In this document: piece after piece, positions 52,882 to 62,689 of the stretch
Numbering within the stretch: position 1 is the stretch's first letter
Layout of the letters: each line of letters begins with the position of its first letter
Sequence record: NZ_CP145666.1
Source: a plasmid
DNA length: 64,000 nucleotides
Strand: one strand, 5' to 3'
Program-made: the position numbers and the translations under genes
Notes under the pieces: generated by a model
Database searches by the model: none
What the model saw: the letters and a program-made list of their open reading frames with translations, nothing else
Told to the model about the DNA's origin: nothing

Positions 52882-53215
52882 TAATTTACTAGCAGAACTC
52901 ACTTCAAAAACAGGCCTGACAGAAACGGAACTTAATCGGCAGGCATTGATTATCGGTTTGATGGCATTGTGCCACCCGGATGCTATTGCCGGTGATTTGG
53001 TGAGCGCGGCACTTACGGGGTCATACTCAGATAGTACTGATAAACTACTTACCCGTGGTGATAACGCATCAGACAGTGTGTTGATGTCCATGCGTATCTT
53101 ACTTCACCGGTTGAGTAAGTATGAAGGGTCTGATGGCAAAGTAGGTCAGATCAATAAAATGATGCACCGACTCGGCTACTTTAAGGCATCCGATGTGTTA
53201 CGCGAGGCTCAATAA
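52871..53215 (+). CDS. Hypothetical protein
   Basis: An ORF preceded by GGAG. It begins MSTDNLLAEL. Confidence 0.3.
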   Translation: MSTDNLLAELTSKTGLTETELNRQALIIGLMALCHPDAIAGDLVSAALTGSYSDSTDKLLTRGDNASDSVLMSMRILLHRLSKYEGSDGKVGQINKMMHRLGYFKASDVLREAQ

Positions 53216-53228
53216 AGAGGCTCAATTT

Positions 53229-53528
53229 ATGTTCACCATGACGAATTTCGCGTCCAATATTCTTGACATGGTTTTTCTATCAGAAATGGAAGGGGAACTC
53301 ATTTATATAAAAGCGCTTAGCGGCGTTACTGGTTACGTTCCTCAGATCCATCTTTTCCGCCTCCAGCTTATCGCATTTGATATAGGTTGGTACTACGAGT
53401 ACAGATTGAATTCAGGCAACCTCATTATAAAGGAAATTGTTGAGGCCATCACATCTCTTGGATGTGCTTTAAATGAATACCAATGGCAGTTCGCGTTTGA
53501 ATTAGGTTATCGCCGTCACCACAAATAA
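53229..53528 (+). CDS. Hypothetical protein
   Basis: An ORF whose start is uncertain. Confidence 0.25.
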   Translation: MFTMTNFASNILDMVFLSEMEGELIYIKALSGVTGYVPQIHLFRLQLIAFDIGWYYEYRLNSGNLIIKEIVEAITSLGCALNEYQWQFAFELGYRRHHK

Positions 53529-53615
53529 ACTTCATTTTTTCATAATTTGCTATTCGTCACTTGATTGACCGGGGGTACGATTAATTTAACACGGATAATT
53601 ATGGGAGACAGTAAA

Positions 53616-54884
53616 ATGACAGACGCATCTACAATAGACGCAGTTCAACCAAAGGCAAGACGCTTATCATTTAAAGAGCTTCCAGGGTTTGATATTTCTG
53701 CTGAAGCACTTCTCAAAATTATCGAAATGCCGTGTATGGTTATTCGCCGGTCTCCTGCAATGAAAGTACTGGAGATGATCACGCTGCGGTTACGTGGGGA
53801 TTGTCTTTCTGCCCTTGGCATTGACTTAAACTCTGCCCAAATTACCAGTAAAGGGACGGTATCGGGGGGCAATGGTGATATGGACGTATCAGTACCTGCA
53901 ACACAACTCTTTTCTTTAATCCGCAACATGCGCGGCGAAGATGAAATTAACGTCCGCTTCCATGCGGCAAAAAACCATCTTGTCATTCGCACCGACAAAA
54001 ACTCCTATAACATCCCGGTTTGCTTAGACCATATACCCGAAATTCAGGCTGAGACGCTGGAACATAATTACAGCGTTTACTTTCCAACGCAGATGCTGAG
54101 TCAGATTATCAAGCGTGTCAGCCACGCTGCGGCTCAGAACGATGTCCGCTTTTATATGAATGGGGTCTACCTCGGTATCGATAATGGCCAATTTATTGCT
54201 GTAGCCACTGATGGACATCGTATGGCCGTCAGTTCTCATGATATCGACTTCAGCGATGACGTGGGCGATGAGATTCAATCTCCGACAGCTCCTACCTCTA
54301 TCAGTAACACGAATGCAGGTGTGATTTTACCCAACGGGGTTTTCCCCGTGCTCCATAAAATCCTGAGCGGTAGCCAGGGTCAATTCAAAATTGACTACAG
54401 CAACCGTAACCTGACATTTACGCTCGGAAGCCATACAGTCATTTCAAATCTTGTCGATGGCCGTTACCCGGACTGGAAGCGCGTGGCCAGCACGGTAGCC
54501 AAAAATACTGAACTGTTTAAGGTTGATCCTTCTGAACTCACCACCGCACTAAAACGCGCAACCCCATTGCTTAAAGAGGGCTCGCCAAACAACACCAGTG
54601 TTTGTGTGATGTCATTCAAAGACAACGCCCTACAGCTTAAGTCGCCCGGCTCAAATGCAATCAGTTGCAAAGAGGTGATGGACATTGCGAAAGAGGCAGG
54701 CGAGCCCGAAACAATTGTTGATATCGGTATGAATGCCGATTACCTCCTGGAATCACTGGCAAGCCTGGGGGCGTGTTCGGAAGAAGGAGAAGCCGCACAG
54801 ATTGCTTTGCGTGATACAACGACCGGCATATTGATTTCAGTAAACAAAAACAATTACGACATCATCATGCCTGTCCGTGTCTGA
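53616..54884 (+). CDS. DNA polymerase III beta sliding-clamp (DnaN) homologue, plasmid-encoded and divergent
   Basis: Local matches to E. coli DnaN: RFYMNGVYLGIDNGQFIAVATDGHRMAV versus RYYLNGMLFE...LRTVATDGHRLAV, VDGRYPDWKRV versus VEGRFPDYRRV, and GMNADYLLESLASL versus GFNVSYVLDVLNAL. The total is ~420 aa, with GGAG upstream of the start. Confidence 0.7.
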   Translation: MTDASTIDAVQPKARRLSFKELPGFDISAEALLKIIEMPCMVIRRSPAMKVLEMITLRLRGDCLSALGIDLNSAQITSKGTVSGGNGDMDVSVPATQLFSLIRNMRGEDEINVRFHAAKNHLVIRTDKNSYNIPVCLDHIPEIQAETLEHNYSVYFPTQMLSQIIKRVSHAAAQNDVRFYMNGVYLGIDNGQFIAVATDGHRMAVSSHDIDFSDDVGDEIQSPTAPTSISNTNAGVILPNGVFPVLHKILSGSQGQFKIDYSNRNLTFTLGSHTVISNLVDGRYPDWKRVASTVAKNTELFKVDPSELTTALKRATPLLKEGSPNNTSVCVMSFKDNALQLKSPGSNAISCKEVMDIAKEAGEPETIVDIGMNADYLLESLASLGACSEEGEAAQIALRDTTTGILISVNKNNYDIIMPVRV

Positions 54885-55034
54885 CAAAACGCTCTCGTTT
54901 TGTCGGCCTTTTCGAAATAGCCAATTTCATGGGCGTGATAACGTTAAAACAAGCTTCCTGACGGGATGGCTATATGCCATCTCGCTCCCATTGGTCGCGA
55001 TCACTGCGTCCTAATATTCTGGAGCCAGAATGAA

Positions 55035-55856
55035 ATGAAAAGCGTTCTGAAGTGGGTAGGAGCCAAACACAACATTATGGCAAGTCTTAAGCATGTACTA
55101 CCGAAAGGTGGTCGGCTTATTGAGCCCTTTGGCGGTTCAGGCGCTGTAATGATGAATACGAATTACCCAGAATACATTTTGGCCGATATTAATAGCGACC
55201 TGATCGATACATACCAGAGTATTTTTAAGTCGCCTGAAAAGGTACTTTCTGAGCTTAAACGCCTTTACTGTCTCGGGCGTTCTGAGGACGCCTATTATGA
55301 GCTGCGAAGCCAGTTCAATAATCATGATAGTGCAAGTGACACTCAAGCTGCTCTGTTTATCTATCTGAATAGGTTTGGCCATCGCGGACTATGCCGATAC
55401 AACCGGAAAGGCATCTTTAACGTCCCCTGGGGTTATTACGCCAACCCCTATCTCCCAGAGACAGAGTTATACGCAATGGCTGAGAAAATGTCCTCAGCAA
55501 CTTTACTTTGCGCCAGCTTCCAGACCACGCTATCAATGGCCCGCCCGGGTGATGTGGTGTATTGCGACCCACCATATGTTAATCCCGGCAGATTCACGGC
55601 TTACCATGCCAGCGGTTTTACACCCGCTATGCAGATTGAGCTTACCAAACTGCTCCAGTTGCTGCCTGAACGCGGGGTTCATGTCATCGCATCATGCCAC
55701 GATGCGCCTGATATTCGTGAGCTTTATCAAGCCTTCGCTATTCATGGTGTGACTGCCCGGAGAAGCATATTTAAAGGCAGCGGGGATGGGAAAAAAGCTT
55801 CAGAAATCTTCGCGGTCAAATTAGCGGATAACTCGAAAAAGGGAGCTGCGGCATGA
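55035..55856 (+). CDS. dam: Dam-family N6-adenine (GATC-type) DNA methyltransferase, orphan
   Basis: The protein begins MKSVLKWVGAKHNIMASLKHVLPKGGRLIEPFGGSGAVMM (motif I) and contains DPPY (motif IV). Confidence 0.85.
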   Translation: MKSVLKWVGAKHNIMASLKHVLPKGGRLIEPFGGSGAVMMNTNYPEYILADINSDLIDTYQSIFKSPEKVLSELKRLYCLGRSEDAYYELRSQFNNHDSASDTQAALFIYLNRFGHRGLCRYNRKGIFNVPWGYYANPYLPETELYAMAEKMSSATLLCASFQTTLSMARPGDVVYCDPPYVNPGRFTAYHASGFTPAMQIELTKLLQLLPERGVHVIASCHDAPDIRELYQAFAIHGVTARRSIFKGSGDGKKASEIFAVKLADNSKKGAAA

Positions 55857-56083
55857 AACGCTTCCATTGTTCTGAAAAGCTGCATAACCCAGAGACTGAG
55901 AAATTTTGTCAGGATATCGCCGAACAATATCGGACAGCACCTGATATTGCCGTGGCGCAGTTTAAACAAGTGCTGAGCTCTAAGCCTCTAACTTACTGGG
56001 AGTGTGTCGTGATCCGCGAGCGTGTCTCTGACCTTATTAAAATTAATCAAGCAACAGCTGAGGGCCACGATGAGCCAATTTAA
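55853..56083 (+). CDS. Hypothetical protein
   Basis: A 76-aa ORF that overlaps the dam stop. Confidence 0.3.
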   Translation: MKRFHCSEKLHNPETEKFCQDIAEQYRTAPDIAVAQFKQVLSSKPLTYWECVVIRERVSDLIKINQATAEGHDEPI

Positions 56084-57053
56084 ACCCAAAAGCCTTGTAG
56101 TCTACCGCATCCAAAAAGCTCTGGAATTAGACAAGCTGGATGAACAGTTAAGTGAGTTGAAATACACTCCCTGCGGGCCTAATGATATGGCACGGTCAGG
56201 ATGGATCCCGCCATTGGGTGAAGATGTCGAGCTGTTAAAGCATGAGTCGAATAATCTCATTCTTCTGACTGTTAAGCACGAATCGAAAATACTTCCTCCC
56301 GCGACCATCAAAGAAATTGTGCGAACCCGGGTTCAGAAACTGGAGAAAGAGCAAAACCGCAGGCTAAAGAAAATGGAGATCCAGGCCGTCAACGATGCCG
56401 TGCTCGCTGAGCTCATACCAAAGGCTTTCAGCAAATACAGCACTACAAACATTTGGGTGGATACTAAATCACGTCTACTGCTTGTTGAGACCACCAGCCA
56501 TAAAAAAGCAGATGATGTAACAGCTTTGCTACGTAAAACTATTGGCTCACTTCCAATTATCCCATTCACGCTGGAAACGCCGGTAGAACTGACGTTAACA
56601 GAGTGGGTCAAAACAGGAAGTCTGCCGCCTGGCCTAGCTTTATGCGACGAAGCCACGCTCAAAGATGTGCTCGAAAACGGGGGGGTCGTTACAACAAAAC
56701 GCCAGGATTTGATATGTGATGAGATCGCTCATCACATCGAGGCCGGAAAGCTTGTGACAAAGGTTGCACTGGGCTGGATGAACCAGATGTTTTTCATCCT
56801 GAATGACAATTTCATCTTTTCACGACTGACCTTTACGGAAGAACTTATTGAACAGAACGATGACATTTCGCCAGAAGATCACGCCCAAAGATTTGATGCC
56901 GATTTCGTTTTGTTTACCTCTGTTGTTATGGAGGTTCTGGACACAATGATAAAAGCCCTCGGGGGTGAAAGCCCAGGACTCATCACAACGCCGTCAGACG
57001 AACAACAAGGTGTCGCGGCAGAAGCCAAACAACCAGAAAAAACCTTCCATTAA
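56070..57053 (+). CDS. rdgC: Recombination-associated protein RdgC homologue
   Basis: Matches to E. coli RdgC: TPCGPNDMARSGWIPP versus TPCGSQDMAKMGWVPP, LETPVELTLTEWVKTGS versus MENPIELTLTEWVRSGS, and QRFDADFVLFT versus QRFDADFILMT. Confidence 0.8.
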   Translation: MSQFKPKSLVVYRIQKALELDKLDEQLSELKYTPCGPNDMARSGWIPPLGEDVELLKHESNNLILLTVKHESKILPPATIKEIVRTRVQKLEKEQNRRLKKMEIQAVNDAVLAELIPKAFSKYSTTNIWVDTKSRLLLVETTSHKKADDVTALLRKTIGSLPIIPFTLETPVELTLTEWVKTGSLPPGLALCDEATLKDVLENGGVVTTKRQDLICDEIAHHIEAGKLVTKVALGWMNQMFFILNDNFIFSRLTFTEELIEQNDDISPEDHAQRFDADFVLFTSVVMEVLDTMIKALGGESPGLITTPSDEQQGVAAEAKQPEKTFH

Positions 57054-57064
57054 AGGGCTGAGAG

Positions 57065-57943
57065 ATGATTACAGCTACAGAACTCCAAGAGTTATCACGC
57101 CAGGTTGAAAATGCTAACATTGCCCGAGCCCTGGCAGTTAAAGAGTTGGTTAAAGAGACAAGAGATCGTCAGTTTTCATTGTGGGCGCTATTTATTGGTC
57201 TCTTCAGAGAGACACCGGCGCGAAAAAAGCTGAACGAATGTGAATTGCATCTTAACCTGCTGCTGCCAAAATGCAGGAGCATCTTTCTTCAATACGTAGT
57301 TATGTCCTCGTTGGAAGAAATTTCGAAATCACCAGATTGTGAGATTTATCAGCATCTAGTCAACTGCTGGAAAGAAGCTCAGATAAAATATAACGAGTCA
57401 GGCAGACGACTCAAACTTGCAGAAAATGCCCGTGAACTATTAAAAACAGCAAAGGATGAATGTAATAGTGCTTCCACAACTGAATTTCTGGATATGGTTA
57501 CTACCAGTAAAGCAATATCCATACTTTCAGCAATAGACACATCCTCTGCGAGTAGTTCGTTAAAGAGAGCTATGGGTGCGCTTAAGCGATTAGCAGATGA
57601 AATGCCTGCCCGGCAATCACCTATTGATTCAAATTTACCAGATGACACGCTTGATCTGTTTGTCGATCTGACTATAAATCCTGTTATCGATATTCTCTCC
57701 TGGTTAAATATTGAAAAGCTGGATAATGCCGAAGTGCAGTGCAGCAAAGCCTTAAAGAAACTTCAGACGTTATTAGGACAACTGGGTGCTGAGCATGATT
57801 TGAGAACTAAGGATTATCAATCTCAATTAGATACGCTTAAGAGAATTGAACAACCATACATCAAAAAGGTGATGCGGCATATACCCGAAAATATGAAGTT
57901 CAAGGAGCCTGAGTATCTCCAGACTATAGGAATGAACCCATGA
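57065..57943 (+). CDS. Hypothetical coiled-coil protein
   Basis: A 292-aa ORF. Confidence 0.4.
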   Translation: MITATELQELSRQVENANIARALAVKELVKETRDRQFSLWALFIGLFRETPARKKLNECELHLNLLLPKCRSIFLQYVVMSSLEEISKSPDCEIYQHLVNCWKEAQIKYNESGRRLKLAENARELLKTAKDECNSASTTEFLDMVTTSKAISILSAIDTSSASSSLKRAMGALKRLADEMPARQSPIDSNLPDDTLDLFVDLTINPVIDILSWLNIEKLDNAEVQCSKALKKLQTLLGQLGAEHDLRTKDYQSQLDTLKRIEQPYIKKVMRHIPENMKFKEPEYLQTIGMNP

Positions 57944-58542
57944 CTCTAAAATATATAATCGCTCTCGCAATATTTCTGACATTTGTGTGCTTTGCAGCTT
58001 TCATACTTATCTACGCGAGTCGAACAAAACGAGAACAACAACAAACTCAGCAACCTTTGGACGAGCATGATCAGCAGGCAGATATTAATGCCGATGCCGA
58101 CGAGAACGCCGCACTTGATGGGTTGAGCGAGTACTTCATCAAAAAAAATTCGATATTGCCAAAAGTCCTGATGGATCTTTATGTGCGCTTGAGTGCGGTG
58201 TTCAATGGTCAGTACATTATCGCACCCCAGGTGCTTGCCCGGGACTTAGTAGAGCTGGAGCTCGAAGATGAACCGGTTGCCCCGGTTGACGTACTTCAGG
58301 CGCAACAGTACGCAGATGAATTCGTGTTCGATTTTGTTCTCTCCGATGCGCATACCGGGGAACTAGTGCTAGCAATGATCAATGAAGATGCTATCAGCGC
58401 TCAGCCTGAAGGAGAGTTCATTATTGCCCTTTTTAAAAGAACTCACATTCCTGTCTTTCGCTATGAAACGTTGTCAGGCTTGGACGATAACGCCCTGGCA
58501 GTCAACATCGCTGAATCAATAGACGATGGCCGATTCTCTTAG
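57940..58542 (+). CDS. Membrane-anchored protein with a DUF2726-like (nuclease-related) C-terminal domain
   Basis: An N-terminal TM helix is followed by ...IIAPQVLARDLVELE...VDFVLSD.HTGELVLAMINED....IPVFRYE. Confidence 0.4.
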   Translation: MTLKYIIALAIFLTFVCFAAFILIYASRTKREQQQTQQPLDEHDQQADINADADENAALDGLSEYFIKKNSILPKVLMDLYVRLSAVFNGQYIIAPQVLARDLVELELEDEPVAPVDVLQAQQYADEFVFDFVLSDAHTGELVLAMINEDAISAQPEGEFIIALFKRTHIPVFRYETLSGLDDNALAVNIAESIDDGRFS

Positions 58543-58560
58543 TTCCACAAGGAATTTATT

Positions 58561-58989
58561 ATGTCTCTGTCAAAAAAACAAAGAATAGTACTGAGGGCTA
58601 AATTTGGTGGTCGATGTGCATATTGTGGCGAGGTACTGAAAGAAAAAGGTTGGCACGCTGATCACGTAGAACCTGTGCTAAGGAAATCCGTCCAGGATAT
58701 GCAAGCTGCGGCCAGAGGGAAATTTAAGCTTAAGGCTACCGGTGAAGTGTTTAATGAAAGTGCCAACTGCTTAGAAAATCTTTTCCCAGCCTGTGCGCCC
58801 TGCAATCTGCTCAAAACAACATATTCACTGGAAATGTTCCGCAAACAAATAAGTTTACAGGTTGAAAGGGCACGGAAGAGTAGTATGAATTTCAGAACGG
58901 CAGAAAGATTCGGCCAGATAAGCATTGTAGAGAAACCCATTGTTTTCTGGTTTGAACAGTATTCAGAGAAAAATGGTGCTATCAAATAA
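58561..58989 (+). CDS. HNH endonuclease
   Basis: The motifs CAYCG...HADHVEP...CAPCN are present in a 142-aa protein. Confidence 0.65.
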   Translation: MSLSKKQRIVLRAKFGGRCAYCGEVLKEKGWHADHVEPVLRKSVQDMQAAARGKFKLKATGEVFNESANCLENLFPACAPCNLLKTTYSLEMFRKQISLQVERARKSSMNFRTAERFGQISIVEKPIVFWFEQYSEKNGAIK

Positions 58990-59086
58990 ACGACTAATTT
59001 AACATTATCATGGCGCGTATCGCGCACTGCTTCGTCAAATATTCAGCCGTGATAATATTGTTTAGTAGGCCCATTACGGAGCGTAT

Positions 59087-59569
59087 ATGACTAATCATAC
59101 AAACTGGACTGGAGACCTGACCGAAGGCGCAACTATATTTGTAGCCACACCAGATGGCCAGCTCAGCAAATGTAGAGTCGAGTCCGTTCGAGACCGACAT
59201 TTCTCGGTCGAGGGTATTGAACGTGAATTCGATAAGTTGAATGCCTGCTCAGTTGATGGGTTACTACACTCTTACCCCGACGATTTCGAGTCGAGGGAGT
59301 TATTTGGTCTGTGCCAGCAAAAAAACAGGCTCAAGTCTCTGCAAATTGATTCATTATCGTTACAGCAAGTCCAGTACATGCTGGCTGGCCTGGAACTTGC
59401 CAGGAAGAGATATGGATACCAGTACCGAGGCAGCAAAGCCGTAGATACCAATCAGAAGGGTAGACTGGCCATGAGCATTGATGATTCGCTTCACCCAATT
59501 CAGATCGCTTATATACTGGCAGGTTTAAAATTATCTCTCCTTCAAACAGAGGTGAACCATGACTGCTAA
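59087..59569 (+). CDS. Hypothetical protein
   Basis: A 160-aa ORF. Confidence 0.35.
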   Translation: MTNHTNWTGDLTEGATIFVATPDGQLSKCRVESVRDRHFSVEGIEREFDKLNACSVDGLLHSYPDDFESRELFGLCQQKNRLKSLQIDSLSLQQVQYMLAGLELARKRYGYQYRGSKAVDTNQKGRLAMSIDDSLHPIQIAYILAGLKLSLLQTEVNHDC

Positions 59570-59999
59570 CCAACGTAAACGTCCTTCGCGTAACAATCGA
59601 GCTGTCCAGTTAACGTCCGAGCAGCTGGTAGAAGCGAAGACGCTTGACCTGAAAGCCCACCATTCGTTTAAAAACCTTATGGGTCTTGCTGCAATCAGTG
59701 TCGTGGTGTTTGTCTGTCTTGGCTCCTTGATCCATAAACAACGCTCAGTAATGAACGAATGGGACCTGGGTGAAGTGATCAGAGGCGTTGATTTGAAAGC
59801 CGGAACCCTCGCAAAAAACAACTTTTTCATCACCAACAAAGGGCAGTTTGAAGCAAGTGGCGTTACAGTGTCACTTACGGGTACAAAACTGAAATTACAG
59901 CAGCATCAGGACGGAAAATATTACGTTTGTAATTCTGCAACAGGTGATTGTGTTCTGGTATCCGATGTACAAGCTGAAAAAATTCGTGACCAGCTGTAG
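59559..59999 (+). CDS. Hypothetical membrane protein
   Basis: A 146-aa ORF with one TM helix. Confidence 0.35.
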   Translation: MTANQRKRPSRNNRAVQLTSEQLVEAKTLDLKAHHSFKNLMGLAAISVVVFVCLGSLIHKQRSVMNEWDLGEVIRGVDLKAGTLAKNNFFITNKGQFEASGVTVSLTGTKLKLQQHQDGKYYVCNSATGDCVLVSDVQAEKIRDQL

Positions 60000-60050
60000 C
60001 GAGGGGAAAATATCGGTTACTGTCACCGGTAACCGAAGGAACCTTCGTAT

Positions 60051-60635
60051 ATGTCACGACAAGAAGCCGCAACGCAGTTATTTATGTCTGCACCACCAGC
60101 AAGTATTGATGTCGTTATTGAGCAGCTGGAAAGGGACGCTCAAGCAGCCGGTATCGATATCCATACAATCTCTGTAATGGCCAGCCTGTTACGTGATCGA
60201 ATAGAAGCATACAGTGACGTGCTTAAAATCGAGCCTGAGCGGGTGATACACGCACTTGAGGTACTGCGAGGTACGGAAGTGCCGTGGGCTTTTTACACTC
60301 CGTCCAGGCTACCTGAGCTTGAAGATGTTCATTGCTGGGAAACTCCTCACGATTTTGACCAAGACCTAGGTGAACACCAGCTGCGGCGCTATATTTGCCC
60401 TAAATGCGAGCATGAATCAACCGACCCAATGCGCTGCACGGCTGGCCATGCTCCTGGAGTTAACCAGTATCCTGAAAGCTGTGATGCCACTATCTGGAAT
60501 TCGCCCGATTCTTGGGATAGTATTAACCCTATAATAAAATTAATTATCAAATCTACGTTCCTGGCTGACCTGACTGTTCATACAATCTTCTATCCGAAAG
60601 GGTTGAAGCTTCCTGAAATTCAGGACGTTGAGTAG
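60051..60635 (+). CDS. Hypothetical protein with a Cys/His cluster
   Basis: The 194 aa contain CPKCEHESTDPMRCTAGH. Confidence 0.4.
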   Translation: MSRQEAATQLFMSAPPASIDVVIEQLERDAQAAGIDIHTISVMASLLRDRIEAYSDVLKIEPERVIHALEVLRGTEVPWAFYTPSRLPELEDVHCWETPHDFDQDLGEHQLRRYICPKCEHESTDPMRCTAGHAPGVNQYPESCDATIWNSPDSWDSINPIIKLIIKSTFLADLTVHTIFYPKGLKLPEIQDVE

Positions 60636-60680
60636 TCTGCTTCGGGCTCTGTGATCTGATAGTTATATATACCTCATTTA

Positions 60681-60707
60681 AGACCCCTTACTGGGGTCTC
60701 TTTTTTT
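60681..60707 (+). terminator. Rho-independent terminator
   Basis: The stem AGACCCC-TTACT-GGGGTCT is followed by CTTTTTTTGG. Confidence 0.55.
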
Positions 60708-60826
60708 GGACTTCCGCCGTGCTATGTACTTCACGGTATCCCCAAATATCCCGGCTTATGTAGTTCGTCGATTTGCTTCGTCACCTGCCATACCTGTCTC
60801 ATAATTTCTCTATTTGGAGAAATCTG

Positions 60827-62536
60827 ATGAACCTACCGACAGCTGTATTAGCGAATAACGATGAAAATGAATCAGACGTCCTCAGCCTTTATGCTAATCC
60901 CGTAGACAGTCAAAGTGGCCTCATTGAACATGACGGCTTTCAAAAACTAAATGCCATGCGCGATCTGCTGGTGGAATACAACACAACACTGAAGCACATG
61001 CAGGCCATGTATGATGCAGTGATGCGGAACCGGCATGATGAAGCATGGCGCATGTTCTGTGATTCTTGTGACAATTCCATCAAATATACGCTGGCTGTAG
61101 AAAATTTGTTCTGTATAGAACGGGCCCGCTGTGCTCTCGATGAAAAGTACTGGCAAAAGCTGCTCGATCTGACCGGCGTAAAACCATTTATGCCCACCGA
61201 AAGATACGATGACTGGAACGAAGGATTGAGGGCATGGCGAAAATCATCAGAATCAAATTTTGAGAAGCTTAAGCCTGTACCCTTCAACGAAGAAAGTATC
61301 TTTTCTACCGCATTCGCATTGAATGAAGAGAAAAAAGACTACTTCGCCCAGATGGTTCATGGTGTGTTTGAAAAGCTCTCCGCTCTGCATAAGACTAACC
61401 GTGCCCAGGGCTTCAGCAACAAACTCATCATAGCCAGCTGCTTACCAAGTAGAGATAACCGCAGATCCTATGACTATCTCAACTATTTTAATGACCTTCG
61501 TAAGGTTATTGGACTGATGTATGGACGAAGCGGTGCTGAGGATGTGAATTCGGCTGCGGTCAAAGAGTACATGATGAGTAACCCTGGCGAATGGGTAAGT
61601 ATTGATAACGATAGTCTTAAAGTGAAGGGGTTTATTAACGGCAATGTGCATATCCTGATTGAGGAGGAAACTTGTGACAATCTCAATCTGGTACTATCCC
61701 ATTTAATGCCAGGCTGCATTCCTCTCGATCGCCGATACACCACCGGCCATAACTCCGCAAGAACTGTAAAAACCAATGAATATCGGTCGCAGTTGATATC
61801 ATTCTCTGCTGTTAACTCCTTAATATCATATGCCACTGACCATTTGAACGCGGGCAAACACCTGTCACCGGGGCCGCACACTTTTATCCTGCGGGACAAC
61901 CAGTCTGTTAGTGAGAAAAAAGAACTGGTGAACATATGGGAGTCATTGGGTGCTGTCAGAAGATATAGAGAAGTATATGACTTTGACTTTAGCCCCGTTG
62001 AAGCATTCAAACTTCTGGCATTACATGGTTCTATACCTGACCGCTATACGCACCAGTTCTATGCAACGGTCGGAGAACTCCAGAAACGAGCAATTGATGA
62101 ATGTATGGTGGCTTCAGGTATGCGTTTGCTGGAACCGAATATCGGTCTTGGTGCGCTACTGAAAGGGTTACCAGAGGGGGTGGATGTTACTGGTTTTGAT
62201 ATACACCCCGCAGCTGTTGCAATTACTGGCCTGCGCTGGAACGTCACCCTTAATGATTTTCTATTGGTCAAGCCTGAAAATACCGGCTTGTTTGAAAGAA
62301 TTCTGATGAATCCTCCATTTAGTGACTCACGCTGGATTGCACATTTTCAACATGCGATGAGATTCCTGAAACCGGGAGGACGCTTGATAGCAATACTGCC
62401 AGGGAGCGCAAAGGAGCATCTTTTAACCCGAGAAGCTGGGCCCGGTTACGACATCAATATTCTGGGTTGCTATGACAACGCCTTTGAAGGAACCGCAGAA
62501 TCCATAAAACTTTTCTCCGTTGATGCCCATGAATAG
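60827..62536 (+). CDS. Large N6-adenine DNA methyltransferase with a ~430-aa N-terminal domain of unknown function
   Basis: The C-terminal 150 aa carry motif I-like LLEPNIGLGALL and motif IV NPPF (ILMNPPFSDSRW). No recognisable target-recognition domain follows. Confidence 0.65.
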   Translation: MNLPTAVLANNDENESDVLSLYANPVDSQSGLIEHDGFQKLNAMRDLLVEYNTTLKHMQAMYDAVMRNRHDEAWRMFCDSCDNSIKYTLAVENLFCIERARCALDEKYWQKLLDLTGVKPFMPTERYDDWNEGLRAWRKSSESNFEKLKPVPFNEESIFSTAFALNEEKKDYFAQMVHGVFEKLSALHKTNRAQGFSNKLIIASCLPSRDNRRSYDYLNYFNDLRKVIGLMYGRSGAEDVNSAAVKEYMMSNPGEWVSIDNDSLKVKGFINGNVHILIEEETCDNLNLVLSHLMPGCIPLDRRYTTGHNSARTVKTNEYRSQLISFSAVNSLISYATDHLNAGKHLSPGPHTFILRDNQSVSEKKELVNIWESLGAVRRYREVYDFDFSPVEAFKLLALHGSIPDRYTHQFYATVGELQKRAIDECMVASGMRLLEPNIGLGALLKGLPEGVDVTGFDIHPAAVAITGLRWNVTLNDFLLVKPENTGLFERILMNPPFSDSRWIAHFQHAMRFLKPGGRLIAILPGSAKEHLLTREAGPGYDINILGCYDNAFEGTAESIKLFSVDAHE

Positions 62537-62689
62537 TGGGGAAAGGAAGAGCTGGTCGAGTTAATTTCGTCACCCGTAACTGAACAGAAAAAATGAGATA
62601 GAGAAAAAGCCGTCAGTTTGTCGATGTTAAATGCTATTCAAATTTTTCAACATGCGACAATTGAGCCAACTACATGAAGAGGAAACACA

